Shown here one piece after another: positions 30,101 through 40,500 of a DNA stretch of 64,000 bases (positions are counted from its first letter, which is position 1; the number at the start of each line of letters is the position of its first letter). Below the pieces are notes generated by a model. It had not been told where the DNA came from. It searched no databases and worked only from the letters and a program-made list of their open reading frames with translations. Origin of the DNA: Phoronis australis (Eukaryota; Animalia; Phoronida); contig NMRA01000004.1 of assembly GCA_002633005.1 (NCBI GenBank), positions 238,353 through 302,352 of the forward strand, read 5' to 3'. The position numbers and the translations under genes are program-made.

Positions 30101-30630
30101 ATCTTTTGCGCAACACAAGTCATACGAACAAGATTGATACAAATTAATGAACTCACTTTGTTAATTCCTATTTCGTTTGCATCGACTCTCTTCTGTACTT
30201 GCAGTAACTGCCACATATCTTGAAGTGGTGCAGATGATGTCCCAGACATATCCTGTAAATCATCTTTCTTCTTAGCCCGGCCAAACAAGTCAGCATTGCT
30301 GGGCAAGTCATTCAAGTTCTCCAACTGGAGTTCCAGTTTCTGCATTCGATCGAGCAACTTGTGGTAGGGGGCAATTTTTCCACCAGCAGTTGAACCATCT
30401 GAGCTCTTTTTCTCGGGAATTTCACCTTTTTCCGGCACAGCTGGTCCGGCACGATTAGTGGAAAGAAAATCTCTATCCGCTTCATCTAGAGTTCCTGTAT
30501 GATCTTTGATTTCAAGCTTGCTCAACATGGCGTGGAGCAACGTGTGTAAAACATTGAAATTTACAGCTCCTACTTCTGGAGTTCCCAAAGCCAGATCGAC
30601 CATCTGGCTCAGTGAAACGGCGGCTGGCAT
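165..30630 (-). CDS. QRICH2/C16orf96-like coiled-coil protein, multi-exon, 3' part beyond left edge of window
   Basis: GT-AG exons read on minus strand, all phase 0 and multiples of 3: 30630-30157, 19669-19586, 17871-17827, 16761-16720, 16083-16036, 15691-15656, 14766-14722 (weaker), 11417-11259, 10538-10470, 10036-9938, 9316(or 9310)-9239, 8567-8478, 8128-8060, 6587-6516, 6235-6164, 5720-5649, 5422-5351, 5086-5015, 4378-4304, 4001-3939, 3448-3371, 2148-2086, 230-165. N-terminus MPAAVSLSQMVDLALGTPEVGAVNFNVLHTLLHAML, the MWQ..QVQKRVDANE.GI.K block and the VTWEGLE block are recalled as typical of QRICH2/C16orf96 proteins. Confidence 0.8.
5015..6587 (-). CDS. Five tandem 72-nt repeat exons, consensus PR(R/Q)RKPRRRVEPDDYEYEEDTEDR
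   Basis: Exons 6587-6516, 6235-6164, 5720-5649, 5422-5351, 5086-5015, each with TAG acceptor and GTATG donor; intervening introns are homologous to each other. Confidence 0.8.
5779..5969. mobile_element. Harbinger-like MITE inside an intron of the exon array
   Basis: ~50-bp imperfect TIRs (GGGTCCGCTTCACCAAAGTGACTTCAGACTTAAGACAGAAATT / AATTTCTGTCTTGAGTCTTAAATCACTTTCCATGAAAGAGACCC), CAA on both flanks; accounts for the longer repeat period (515 vs ~300-350 bp). Confidence 0.65.
6823..7810 (-). pseudogene. Decayed copies of the repeat exon (pseudo-exons)
   Basis: 6900-6823 has donor GT>TT (AGC|TTATGT); 7250-7176 has acceptor AG>GG (ttgttgg|CCG); ~7810-7725 has neither site and is disrupted. 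Confidence 0.6.
11259..11417 (-). CDS. QRICH2-like exon (NTMNELLIQYPLPEEVVTWEGLEKSLAGIREDIGRSQERIVVEFSTQTEKPEM)
   Basis: catttcag acceptor, GTAGG donor, 159 nt open, VTW..LE motif; missed by ORF track. Confidence 0.8.
12159..12360. mobile_element. DNA transposon terminus with TTAA(G/C)CGCCC subterminal repeats
   Basis: TA-CCGTAAT start followed by about 7 copies of TTAACCGCCC/TTAAGCGCCC; other end not resolved (N at 12760). Confidence 0.4.
14138..14300. repeat. Degenerate 16-18-bp tandem repeat (TCCCTTAGTCAGGACA), probable transposon subterminal repeat
   Basis: About 9 degenerate copies visible. Confidence 0.6.
18629..18893. repeat. 37-bp minisatellite, ~7.2 copies
   Basis: Unit CGAGTGTCTTGCTCACCA(G/A)AACAGTCCCATTTACACT; explains the three overlapping repetitive ORFs. 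Confidence 0.95.
19586..19669 (-). CDS. QRICH2-like exon 2 (LMSLVGDLMKEMQLLKDKNEELENKLST), coiled coil
   Basis: ttttattccag acceptor, GTATG donor, 84 nt, continues exon 1 frame with heptad pattern. Confidence 0.8.
20171..20273. repeat. ~100-bp imperfect hairpin (MITE-like)
   Basis: AATGGTTGGATATAACGTGCTCGCATTTTGAGAACCAGT pairs with ACTGGTTCTCAAATTATGGGCACGTTATATTTGACCATT. Confidence 0.6.
20960..23356 (-). mobile_element. 5'-truncated, degenerate L1/Tx1-clade non-LTR retrotransposon (RT plus C-terminal region)
   Basis: Frameshifted motifs GV.SIIPK...NW.PI.LLNT.YKI, VDFEKAFDSVSW, QYADDTV, EPIWFNPKI, C.F..K.PE.L.HVFWEC; AATAAA at 3' end; candidate TSD CTTTTAAGAT at 20950-20959 and 23357-23366. 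Confidence 0.85.
23600..24700 (-). mobile_element. Older degenerate LINE fragment (AP-endonuclease and linker region, possibly L2/CR1 group)
   Basis: Broken frames with Y.LP, LIC and N..G...L....LS.VNR-like endonuclease traces; heavily mutated. Confidence 0.4.
30157..30630 (-). CDS. First coding exon of QRICH2/C16orf96-like gene (158 codons)
   Basis: ATG at 30630, open to ...NEIGINK then GTGAGT donor at 30156; conserved LALGTPEVGAVNFNVLHTLLH motif. Confidence 0.9.
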
Positions 30631-30981
30631 CTTGGTGACTGTGTGTGTCAATTTTCAACTAAAACAAATAGTACAAACATTCAAAAAGAACTTATCTGTA
30701 CGCGGTCTCCCTCGCAGCTACTCGACCCACCATGGTTTGTTCGGCGATTGTTGTGGTAAGACGAACTACATAAATATTATTCCGCGTGTCACAATTTTGT
30801 TACTGGATTAGATTGTCATGATGTAATATATTTAAATTACTCTTTATTACATTTAGATTTAAATATTGTGTTTTATTCAAACTTTATACGAACCATTTAT
30901 GAAGTAATATGCAAATTATTGGAACAAACCCTTGTGCACTAAATTGTCGCGTAGCGCTTCGGTTTTCCTTCTGCTTTTATC

Positions 30982-31020
30982 GTCGTTAGTAGCAACAAAG
31001 CCGTGATATCACTTCCTGTC
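30982..31020. promoter_or_regulatory. Candidate RFX X-box half site plus ETS-like site upstream of QRICH2-like gene
   Basis: GTCGTTAGTAGCAAC and CACTTCCTG ~350-390 bp upstream of the ATG; motif-only evidence. Confidence 0.3.
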
Positions 31021-32250
31021 TAAAATAGTCTTCACTTCAGAAGAGCACAAGACTACAACTCGTTTACTATAATTGCTGTACGTTGAACCCGTGTTTTCTT
31101 ATGGGCACAATGTCTTTTACTGCATAACAACCGACAAGCATGCATCACTCGCAAAGTGTTTTCTTATGGGCATAAATAATTAGCTTTATGTTCATAACTT
31201 GTAAGGTATTTAATATTAAAATATGTTAAAACGCGGTAATAAATGCGTCAGGTTTATATTACACAGTAAACATAAACGAGACGACTACACAGTAGCCAGA
31301 GTTCTATGACAGCAGCCTACTATAAGTCTTTACAGCGGGGTAGTGGGGGCGGATCGGCCGGAGGAGGACCGAGGGTATTAGGACTGACATGTACTAGTTT
31401 ACCCTCTCGACGGACCTCACCGTGAACGGGTGAACATTTTAGTTGTAATCTGACAGACATTCGCACCTCTGAACTGCCTAATGGAATCTGTGAGAATTTT
31501 AGGAGGGCATGACTCCCTTGGCCTCTCTCTAAATCCGCCACTGAATCTTGAAACCATTTGGGACTGTATAGCGACGGGGGAACGATGGGGACTCTGGCTG
31601 GTGTCCTATCCACTGGCAGGCGGCAGATTAAAAACTTTTTCTTAAGCTGCAGGAATGTAAGTCTACATATCAATAATCTATAGGAGGGGGGTTCAGGGGT
31701 TCAANNNAAAAATCGCAAGAAAAACGGGAGGAGGAGAACCCTTCGGCTCCCGACCTTCCTTCCCCTCGGCGGGAGGCGACTCGGATTCGCTCGAATCCTA
31801 ACCCCTAACCCCCCCCTGATGCTCTGTTGACAAGCAAAACACCACACTATAAATGGCAGAGCATGCTATAAACAAGATCCCCCCCCCTACTAACGTAGAT
31901 CTGCCAATGATTATGACAACTAACTTTACACCACAGAACTTCAAAAGACTGTACCTGTGCGCTCACTGTCCTCAGATCACGCGCAACGGTGTACCACCAT
32001 ACTCTTGCACTCAGTGTATTTGATAGTTTGTCCTTTCCTCGTCATACTGTTTCGCTCTGTATGCGTTAACATACTTATTCAATCTTAACTATTAAAATTA
32101 CGCTTGTTTTTGCTTTGCTGTCCGAAAATTTAAAATAAAACCAGACTCGACTTATCACCACGGAAATCGGTCTTAACACTTTCTATCATTTTTCCGTTAT
32201 TGCCACAGCAATATAGTAAAATACAAAAATGAGCCGCCTCGGGATAAGAT

Positions 32251-34938
32251 ACGCAAATGTAATGACCTTTTGTCACATTAGGTAGTTGAATGGCAGCAGC
32301 GCTGCATTAGGGCGCAGCCAACCACCTTTCATAGCATTTGAACGTAGCCCCTGCGCACCGTAAGTTACGTTATAGTGGGGTGTAGGCGCAGCTGATCATC
32401 TTTTTCATTATGCATTACGTCTCTTCCTTGCAGTGCAACTGAATGTGAACGAGGATTCAGCGAAATGAATCAGATAGTCAACAAACGATCGAAGGGCTCC
32501 CCGAGTATACACCCCATGGGCGACTTTAAACGCCGCCAGCATGTCGTTTCTGGGCGTTACCGCGCCTATTTTCCTTTATAATTGTGTTTGGGCCCCCTTC
32601 AGAGACCGCTTGAAATGCACGCGGACCTTTGCCATTCTATAAAAAAATTGGTGGTTGCTACATCCTAAATTCGATACTGCATGTATATTTGAAGTAAATA
32701 CACACTCGTGAGTCAAAAATAGGCCTTACATGGTTGTGATGTTTTGAGAATTCAATGCACTTTTAAAATTCGGTGCTCAAGGTGATACGGTGGGCTTTCG
32801 GCGTATACTTACCTCTAATTTTACTACAACAACGTTTTGCAGTCTTGAAACACAGTGATTTTTGATATAATGGAAAAACGACACACCTGGAACATGCGAA
32901 TATAAACGTGCAACATCAGTGCCAGGTTACATGAAACAGTCCTAATTAAGGGACACAACTGAATTCCCAAAAACTACAGTGCGTGTTTGTGGGCTTATGA
33001 AATCATTGATTGTCCATTCTTATGCTGGTTGAGTATATATAGTCAACTCTTGGCTTTGACACAAATCAAAGGTGAACTCTACGTTGAATTCTCAATAATA
33101 TTGAAAATAAGTATTGATCTTTTTATGCAACGCCCTTAATTTAAGGACTAAGTCCTCGATTATTCTGATTGAATTAAGGGCTCAGTTTTTAGTATTATTA
33201 TTATTAGGAAATGTCATTAGTCAAAGAGGAGCTCGTAATAAAGATAAAAATACATAAGTGTGATTAAAGAATGAAACGCTTTAGGGAAGTTGGTCAATTC
33301 CCTGTTTGACTGTTTCATGCAACAGGCCACTGGGGTCTGTACAAAAACGCAAGGATGAAATGTTCGCCTTAACACTGGAAAACGCCCACCTTTTTTCTTG
33401 TTTGGCCGAGAGTGCAGAAACACCCTAGTAACTTTAAACTTCCCAAAAGCGTTTTTTGAGCGCCGCGTCGACTGAACAGAAACCAGGCCTCCGTCGTGTC
33501 GGTGGAAAATCACAGTATATCATATATAATATGAATTAAATTCCTCGTGTGCCAAAAAGCCGGACGTGGCGGAACACGGGACACACTGGCTCTNACGCAA
33601 ATGTAATGACTTTTTGTCACATTAGGTAGTTGAATGGCAGCAGCGCTGCATTAGGGCGCAGCCAACCACCTTTCATAGCATTTGAACGTAGCCCCTACGC
33701 ACCGTAAGTTACGTTATAGTGGGGCGTAGGCGCAGCCGATCATCTTTTTCATTGTGCATTACGTCTCTTCCTTACAGTGCAACTGAATGTGAACGAGGAT
33801 TCAGCGAAATGAATCAGATGGTCAACAAACGATCGAAGGGGCCCCCGAGTACACACCCCATGGGCGACTTTAAACGCCGCCAGCATGTCGTTTCTGGGCG
33901 TTACCGCGCCTATTTTCCGTTATAATTGTGTTTGGGCCCCCTTCAGAGACCGCTTGAAATGCACGCGGACCTTTGCCACTCTATAAAAAAAATTGTTGTT
34001 GCGACATCCAAAATTCGACACTGCATATATATTTGAAGTAAATACACACTCGTGAGTAAAAAATAGGCCTTACATGGTTGTGATGTTTTGAGAATTCAAT
34101 GCACTTTTAAAATTGGGTGCTCAAGGTGATACGGTGGGCTTTCGGCGTATACTTACCTCTAATTTTACTACTACAACGTATAGCAGTCTTGAAACACAGT
34201 GATTTTTGATATAATGGAAAAACGGCACACCTGGAACATGCGAATATAAACGTGCAACATCAGTGCCAGGTTACATGAAACAGTCCTAATTAAGGGACAC
34301 AACTGAATTCCCAAAAACTACAGTGCGTGTTTGTGGGCTTATGAAATCACTGATTGTCCATTCTTATGCTGGTTGAGTATATATAGTCAACTCTTGGCTT
34401 TGACACAAATCAAAAGTGAACTCTACGTTGAATTCTCAATAATATTGAAAATAAGTATTGATCTTTTTATGCAACGCCCTTAATTTAAGGACTAAGTCCT
34501 CGATTATTCTGATTGAATTAAGGGCTCAGTTTTTAGTATTATTATTATTAGGAAATGTCATTAGTCAAAGAGGAGCTCGTAATAAAGATAAAAAATACAT
34601 AAGTGTGATTAAAGAATGAAACGCTTTAGGGAAGTTGGTCGATTCCCTGTTTGACTGTTTCATGCAACAGGCCACTGGGGTCTGTACAAAAACGCAAGGA
34701 TGAAATGTTCGCCTTAACACTGGAAAACGCCCACCTTTTTTCTTGTTTGGTCGAGAGTGCAGAAACACCCTAGTAACTTGAAACTTCCCAAAAGCGTTTT
34801 TTGAGCGCCGCGTCGACTGAACAGAAACCAGGCCTCCGTCGTGTCGGTGGAAAATCACAGTATATCATATATAATATGAATTAAATTCCTCGTGTGCCAA
34901 AAAGCCGGACGTGGCGGAACACGGGACACACTGGCTCT
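32251..34938. repeat. 1.34-kb near-identical direct duplication joined by a single N, carrying a hAT dimerisation-domain fragment
   Basis: Copies 32251-33593 and 33595-34938 differ by scattered SNPs/indels; LPYSATECERGFSEMN matches the hAT S..CER.FS motif. Confidence 0.9.
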
Positions 34939-36460
34939 TGAACAGTGCCGCCAACTGGTTGGGACACGGGCAGTTGAGCCACCTTCAACTCGGTACGTCA
35001 CTTTGAAAACGAATGTCAAGATTGCCAAAACTCGACTGCACGGTCTGCAGACGCCCGACGTCATAAATCTTGGTACCAAATATGAACAGCATCTAGAGTT
35101 GATGGAGTCAAGGTCACCAAGATCGTCTGGCGCGTGGAGTTGCCCACCTAGTCGGTGTAAAGCATGGCAACATGTAAATCTCCTTCCATGAATATCACGT
35201 TTCTGTGAAATTCCCCTAAGTCAAAACACGATTTTCTCGGTGACACATTTCATTATGTTAAGATCACACCAAATCGAGTAGCGCCTGGAATTGTACTACC
35301 GGTATCTACACTTCGGATACGAAATAACGCGAGTAATTTCAAGCTCAGTCCCTTCTCGAGATATTGCGCCAACATTTTCCCCAAGTCAAAACTTGTTTTT
35401 CTCCGCGTGACCTGGAAAACAAAGCTCCTGCTGGAGTTGGCCCCACCTACTACACACACTTCAGTACAAAACAGCAATACCATCTTTCTTCTTGAGGGAA
35501 CACACAGCAGCATTAAGTGTGATGTATGAACACGACCAAGTGCCTGTCCTTGAGAGTTTTGAACCAGTAAACGCACGGCACGGCCGGGGGCATTTGAAGA
35601 GGCAAAGAACGCGAAAAGTAAATTCCATTATTCAAATGGTTTTCTGTCACTCACTTAAAACACAATGAAAATGTTCATCATGTATTTTTTGGGTTTGTTC
35701 GTAAAGTTTTTAAATTCCTGTCACATGATGTAAAAGCATTTTCCCTTTAGTTTCAAACTTAAAAATACGACCTGTGAACTCAGTGCTGGTCACCTGGTCA
35801 ATTTTTACTGGGTTAATTTTCAGAGGGCATTCGCACTTTGTCAATGTCCACAATTAGTCAAAATATTGTTTGGCGGGAGATACAGCACATAATTTGGAAA
35901 TATTACTTATTTCCCATGAAATCAAGTTACAAGGTGAAATGTCACTTGTCCAGGTCAGTGAGTTCCCTCCTAAATTTGAAAGATTTTATCAGACTGCATT
36001 TTTAATAATGTCAGGCACTGTCACAACAGCAGTGTGTCCTTTGAAAATTTATGTAAATCTATTCAGGTTTGGGTCACATCAGGACTATACTTGAAAAGTC
36101 TGCTGCAAGCCATAAACCTCTGACTACATGCAGTCAATGCTCTGTTCATTCTCAGTGAAGATCAAACACAGCCAAGTATCAGGACTCCACCTGAATTGAA
36201 AATCACATTATTTATTAATGCAAAAAATAATTTCTTTCTTCAAACATAACTAAGAGTCCCTAAAACAAAATAAGATTGCTAAACATTTATCTCCAACAGA
36301 AAATTCAATGGAAACTGAGTATAAAAAGTGCCTGGAGGCCAATTGCGACTGGCTGGACTAATAAGAGATCTCTTGACAGTAAATGTAAATAACACCATTG
36401 AATAAGATGCCTGTGAAACAAAGAACCTTAGCACATCACAACAATTATCATTGGTATTAC

Positions 36461-36582
36461 CATAGGCATCCCAGCACTGAAAAAGTGGGGACTATAGCCC
36501 CCAGCCCCCTTGTGTTGCACCGTAGACCATGGGCAGCGCAGCACTGAAATAAGTGGGGGGCCCCTTATGGTGCACGCCCATG
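36461..36582. mobile_element. Short hAT-like MITE, same family as 57487-57624
   Basis: CATAGGC...GCCCATG termini and shared GCAGCACTGAAA / CCTTATGGTGC internal blocks. Confidence 0.55.
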
Positions 36583-37322
36583 TTTTACTATTACCAGATG
36601 TATTCAATTTTAAAAACCTGACACAAAGTTTCAGTGTTTCAGAGACCACCATTTTGATAATGCCAAAAAAACAACATAAGTTGGTTCTGGTCTTACATGA
36701 CTCATTTTGAGAACAGCGCTCACTGACTAAATGAAAAAAGAACGTTGGCCAAGGTCTCGGAATTCTTTTTAAAAAATTGTACAAAGGCGCATAAGCAAGA
36801 ATAGGCAAGGTTCAAAATGTCATGAGTTGCCTTAGAGATACCTAAAAAACAACTCCCACATCATTTTTGCTTTTATTTTGGGTGGATTTTCTTTTTTGAA
36901 AAAGTGAGCAACTGAAAACTGGCACACCATCCTCTTGATTTTCAAAAAAAAGAACAGAACAAACTATGGTTTTTGGTCATACTTCAAATTGTATGTGATG
37001 AACTTGACAAATATAGCAGGAAACCTTTCTGAAGAAGGCCACACATGTGAACACTAATTTTTGAAACATCCATATATAAATTCACTCAAAACTCCTCGAC
37101 TTTCATCCCTTTCCAAATGGATCACACATCTGACACAAGGTTCCATTTGAAAATTGTTAAGCAGACCAGAAAAACGGTTTTCTTTCAGCACTTCCTGACC
37201 TATTCAGATACCTTCATAGATACAAATTCAGAGAGCAGATGTGAATGATATTGAATTCTTGAAGCAAACAACCATGACTAAAGTCGCTCAAATTATCAGT
37301 ATCAGTAACTCAGAATGGCTTG

Positions 37323-37559
37323 CTATTCAAACCAGACCTCAGCAGTGCACTCTATGTAGTAGGAGGCTACTTGCACAGGCAGTTTCCACTTGGATGCGCG
37401 TAATTCAAGGATTTCCATCAGAGCACCTCTTGAAAATTCATCAATACTAGGGTCCAGTAAAGCATCACGAATCTTATTCACCAGTTCCATCATTTTGTTG
37501 GAGTTTTCGTTTTCAAGCATCGGTCCAACGTCCTGTAGTGTAGAATGTAGCAGCTCAAC
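37323..37559 (-). CDS. MIF4GD-like terminal exon
   Basis: aattttag acceptor, VELLHSTLQDVGPMLE...ELRASKW...WFE*. Confidence 0.88.
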   Translation of the reverse strand, partial: VELLHSTLQDVGPMLENENSNKMMELVNKIRDALLDPSIDEFSRGALMEILELRASKWKLPVQVASYYIECTAEVWFE

Positions 37560-40500
37560 CTAAAATTACAACGTATGAACAGCTTATGTCAGTAGTGGGA
37601 ATGTTGCAGTACAATCTACCAATAAAGTTTCTTAATTACACACTCGGTCTAATACAGTTACCGCATAATGTATTAGTAATTACACACTCGGTCTAATACA
37701 GTTACTGCATAATGTATTAGTAATTACACACTCGGTCTAATACAGTTACCGCATAATGTATTAGTAATTACACACTCGGTCTAATACAGTTACCGCATAA
37801 TGTATTAGTAATTACACACTCGGTCTAATACAGTTACCGCATAATGTATTAGTAATTACACACTCAGTCTAATACAGTTGCCGCATAATGTATTAGTTAT
37901 GGCACCTACACTTGTTGTAAGTAGAAATTTGTGTTGAGACACCATCGATGAAGGCTTATGCCAAAAGATCAGGTAATTTAAAACATAAATATATATTCCA
38001 ATAGGGATTTTGTCTGCTAATTGACTTTTGTAAGCGCTTTTATTATTATCCAGTGTTTTGTTTCACTCTTAATAACTAAGTGCAGTTATTCATTCATTGC
38101 AGCAACTTGTTGTTGGGCTATAGAATCAAACAAGTTGGGAAGTTTACCCCTGCAGCCAATATCTTCTGGCATTCGTGGTTGGAGTGCCAGCTCTCTTTTG
38201 CTCGATAATTGCTCTAATCTTCAAAAAGATCCTATCTAGCCTGACTGGGCTGTGCTGTTAAAAATAAAATCTTAGTTATAACATATTTGAACATAAACCA
38301 ATAGCATTTCTGACATCCTCGTCTAATGGTGATCATGTTTAGTTTTTGAATCGCCAAAATCGCCCAACTGCAACCGAAGTTATGATAACCTATTCTTTCT
38401 TAATAAACCAATTCGCTCTGGGTTTGACGGTGTTCACACGTGGTCTGTAATAAGCCAGATAATTGGTGTGCCTGTTGTCATAACAGACAAAAGACTTTGC
38501 TTGGCAGTTAACAAAGAAGCGAGATGCCATCACACGCTCAGAACCCCCTTCATCTGGTAAAGTCACTGAACCGGAAAACGCTGTCATATTTCTATTTCTA
38601 ATTAGGTTAATTGTGAAAATCCGTCTAAATCACCCACAACACCTGTGAATGACAAAACATTTAGGAATAATGGTTTAGAGCACTAACACGCACTCTCATC
38701 GGTGCATCAAAATGTCATGCTATTTGAGGTTAATTCTTAATTATTTACGTGAGGGAAATGCGGAATTATTTAGTGATGTTGACAACGGCATGATTTTTTT
38801 CTTTTTTTGGTCAGCAACCACTGACCTTTTGGCTATTTCAGTTTTCATGGGAATTTCAATAAGCCTCATTTGGCCAGTTGGCCATAACCTAACCGTCAAG
38901 CACGGCAGCAAATATTCTCCAGAGTGGAACAGTCTGTAAAATTTAGTATACATGAATTCAAGCAGAAATTCACTTTCCGTGATACTGAAGATTGGCACAT
39001 TGTCAATTCTGGCATTCACCATATTTCTCAAATTTCCGACACCGCATTTTTGTATCAACAGAGTCTGAAAAAATAGACTCGACAGTTCATTAAATTGTCA
39101 AAAATAGTTTCTTTATTGAAATACTCACATATGGCCATAGGCCCACAGTATAACATATACGAGATAGTACATTTGTCGGGTGCGTTACAACCTGGGTAGT
39201 AAATTGTGACTCTTAAGAGCAGGGCAGACAAATTTTAAGAGCGAGGTATCCGAAGTTCTCACGAGTAAGTGTCTAGCATCAAAGTGAATGATCGTTTATC
39301 ACTGATCATTATTCTTAAATTTGGGATGGCCAATATTGCCTACTTCTAAAACTTGGAACAAGTGCTGACCTTGAGCAAAATAATTAATTTTCTCACTGTC
39401 CCAAACTGGAGAAATTTTACTGTTCTTATTTCAAACGGAGTGACGCCCAGAAATCTAGAGGATGACAGGAGGAGTACTCCAGACAGTTGATGGATCATCC
39501 ATTTCATCTTGTTGCTGCCCATTCAACAAAATATTTGTGAACATTGTTAGGAGCTTGTTACATGATGAAATGCAATTCTAACACTCCATGATAGCAAGTA
39601 GCAGCAAATATTAAAGAAAACAACAATAGTTTTAAGTCGACTTGACATGTTTCGGTGTCATTTATTCAAACACCATAATCAGAAAAGAGAATACAGTGGC
39701 CACCTAGCTAGGCCCAGCAACAAGTAATGAAGCACAGATACACTGCAGTCAGTTACAGGGAGTGACAATGAACTAGACCAACAATGACAACCTGTGGTGT
39801 GCCACTGCATTCTCTCTTCTGATGATGGTGTTTGAATAAATGACACCGAAACATGTCAAGTCGACTTAAAACCAGTGTTTTCTTTTCACTCACCATATCA
39901 AAGCTACCAAGGCACTCAGGAGTACAGAGAATGTGTAAGGCATCATAGAGATTCCAATTCAGCATTTGCAACCCCCCACTACCACATATCAGATAGGTGT
40001 AAGCCTTGGCGAGAAACTTGACAAAGGACATGAATCCCTCCAGAGAATGTTTACGGAATACTTCCTGTTTCTTCATCAGGAGTGAACATGTGGTGGTGAC
40101 GCCATTACGGAAATTGTTTGCCGGAATGATGTCATTGGCCTCCAGCTGGTTTTCTTTCTGAAGATATAATTTTCGATTAGATATTCAGTTTTAGAATTCC
40201 TTAATGTAGTCATAGTAGAGATCTACCCTGAGAGTTATTATGCTAGCAACGGCTTAAGCATCTGCCTCATTTAATTGTTAATTACCACCAAACATCCACT
40301 GGCTGGCAATAAAAAAACGGTATGGTTGTTTTGAAATAGATATAAAGCTGGTTTCCCACTGATCAAATCAGAGTAAAAGAGTGGTGCTACATTTCTTAGA
40401 TAATTAAAATAAGCTTTTGCATAAAACTGACAACACTTTCACCGAATTTCACGAGTAGCAATTGCAGTAAACACCTGGTCTCACTCACATGAACTCTCAT

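Noticed and set aside
33217-34858. Duplicated 97-98-aa ORFs as a paralogous gene pair
   Set aside because: They lie in the N-joined duplication, lack splice or family support, and differ by a frameshift.
37633-37897. CRISPR-like palindromic 44-bp repeats
   Set aside because: No unique spacers; plain minisatellite.
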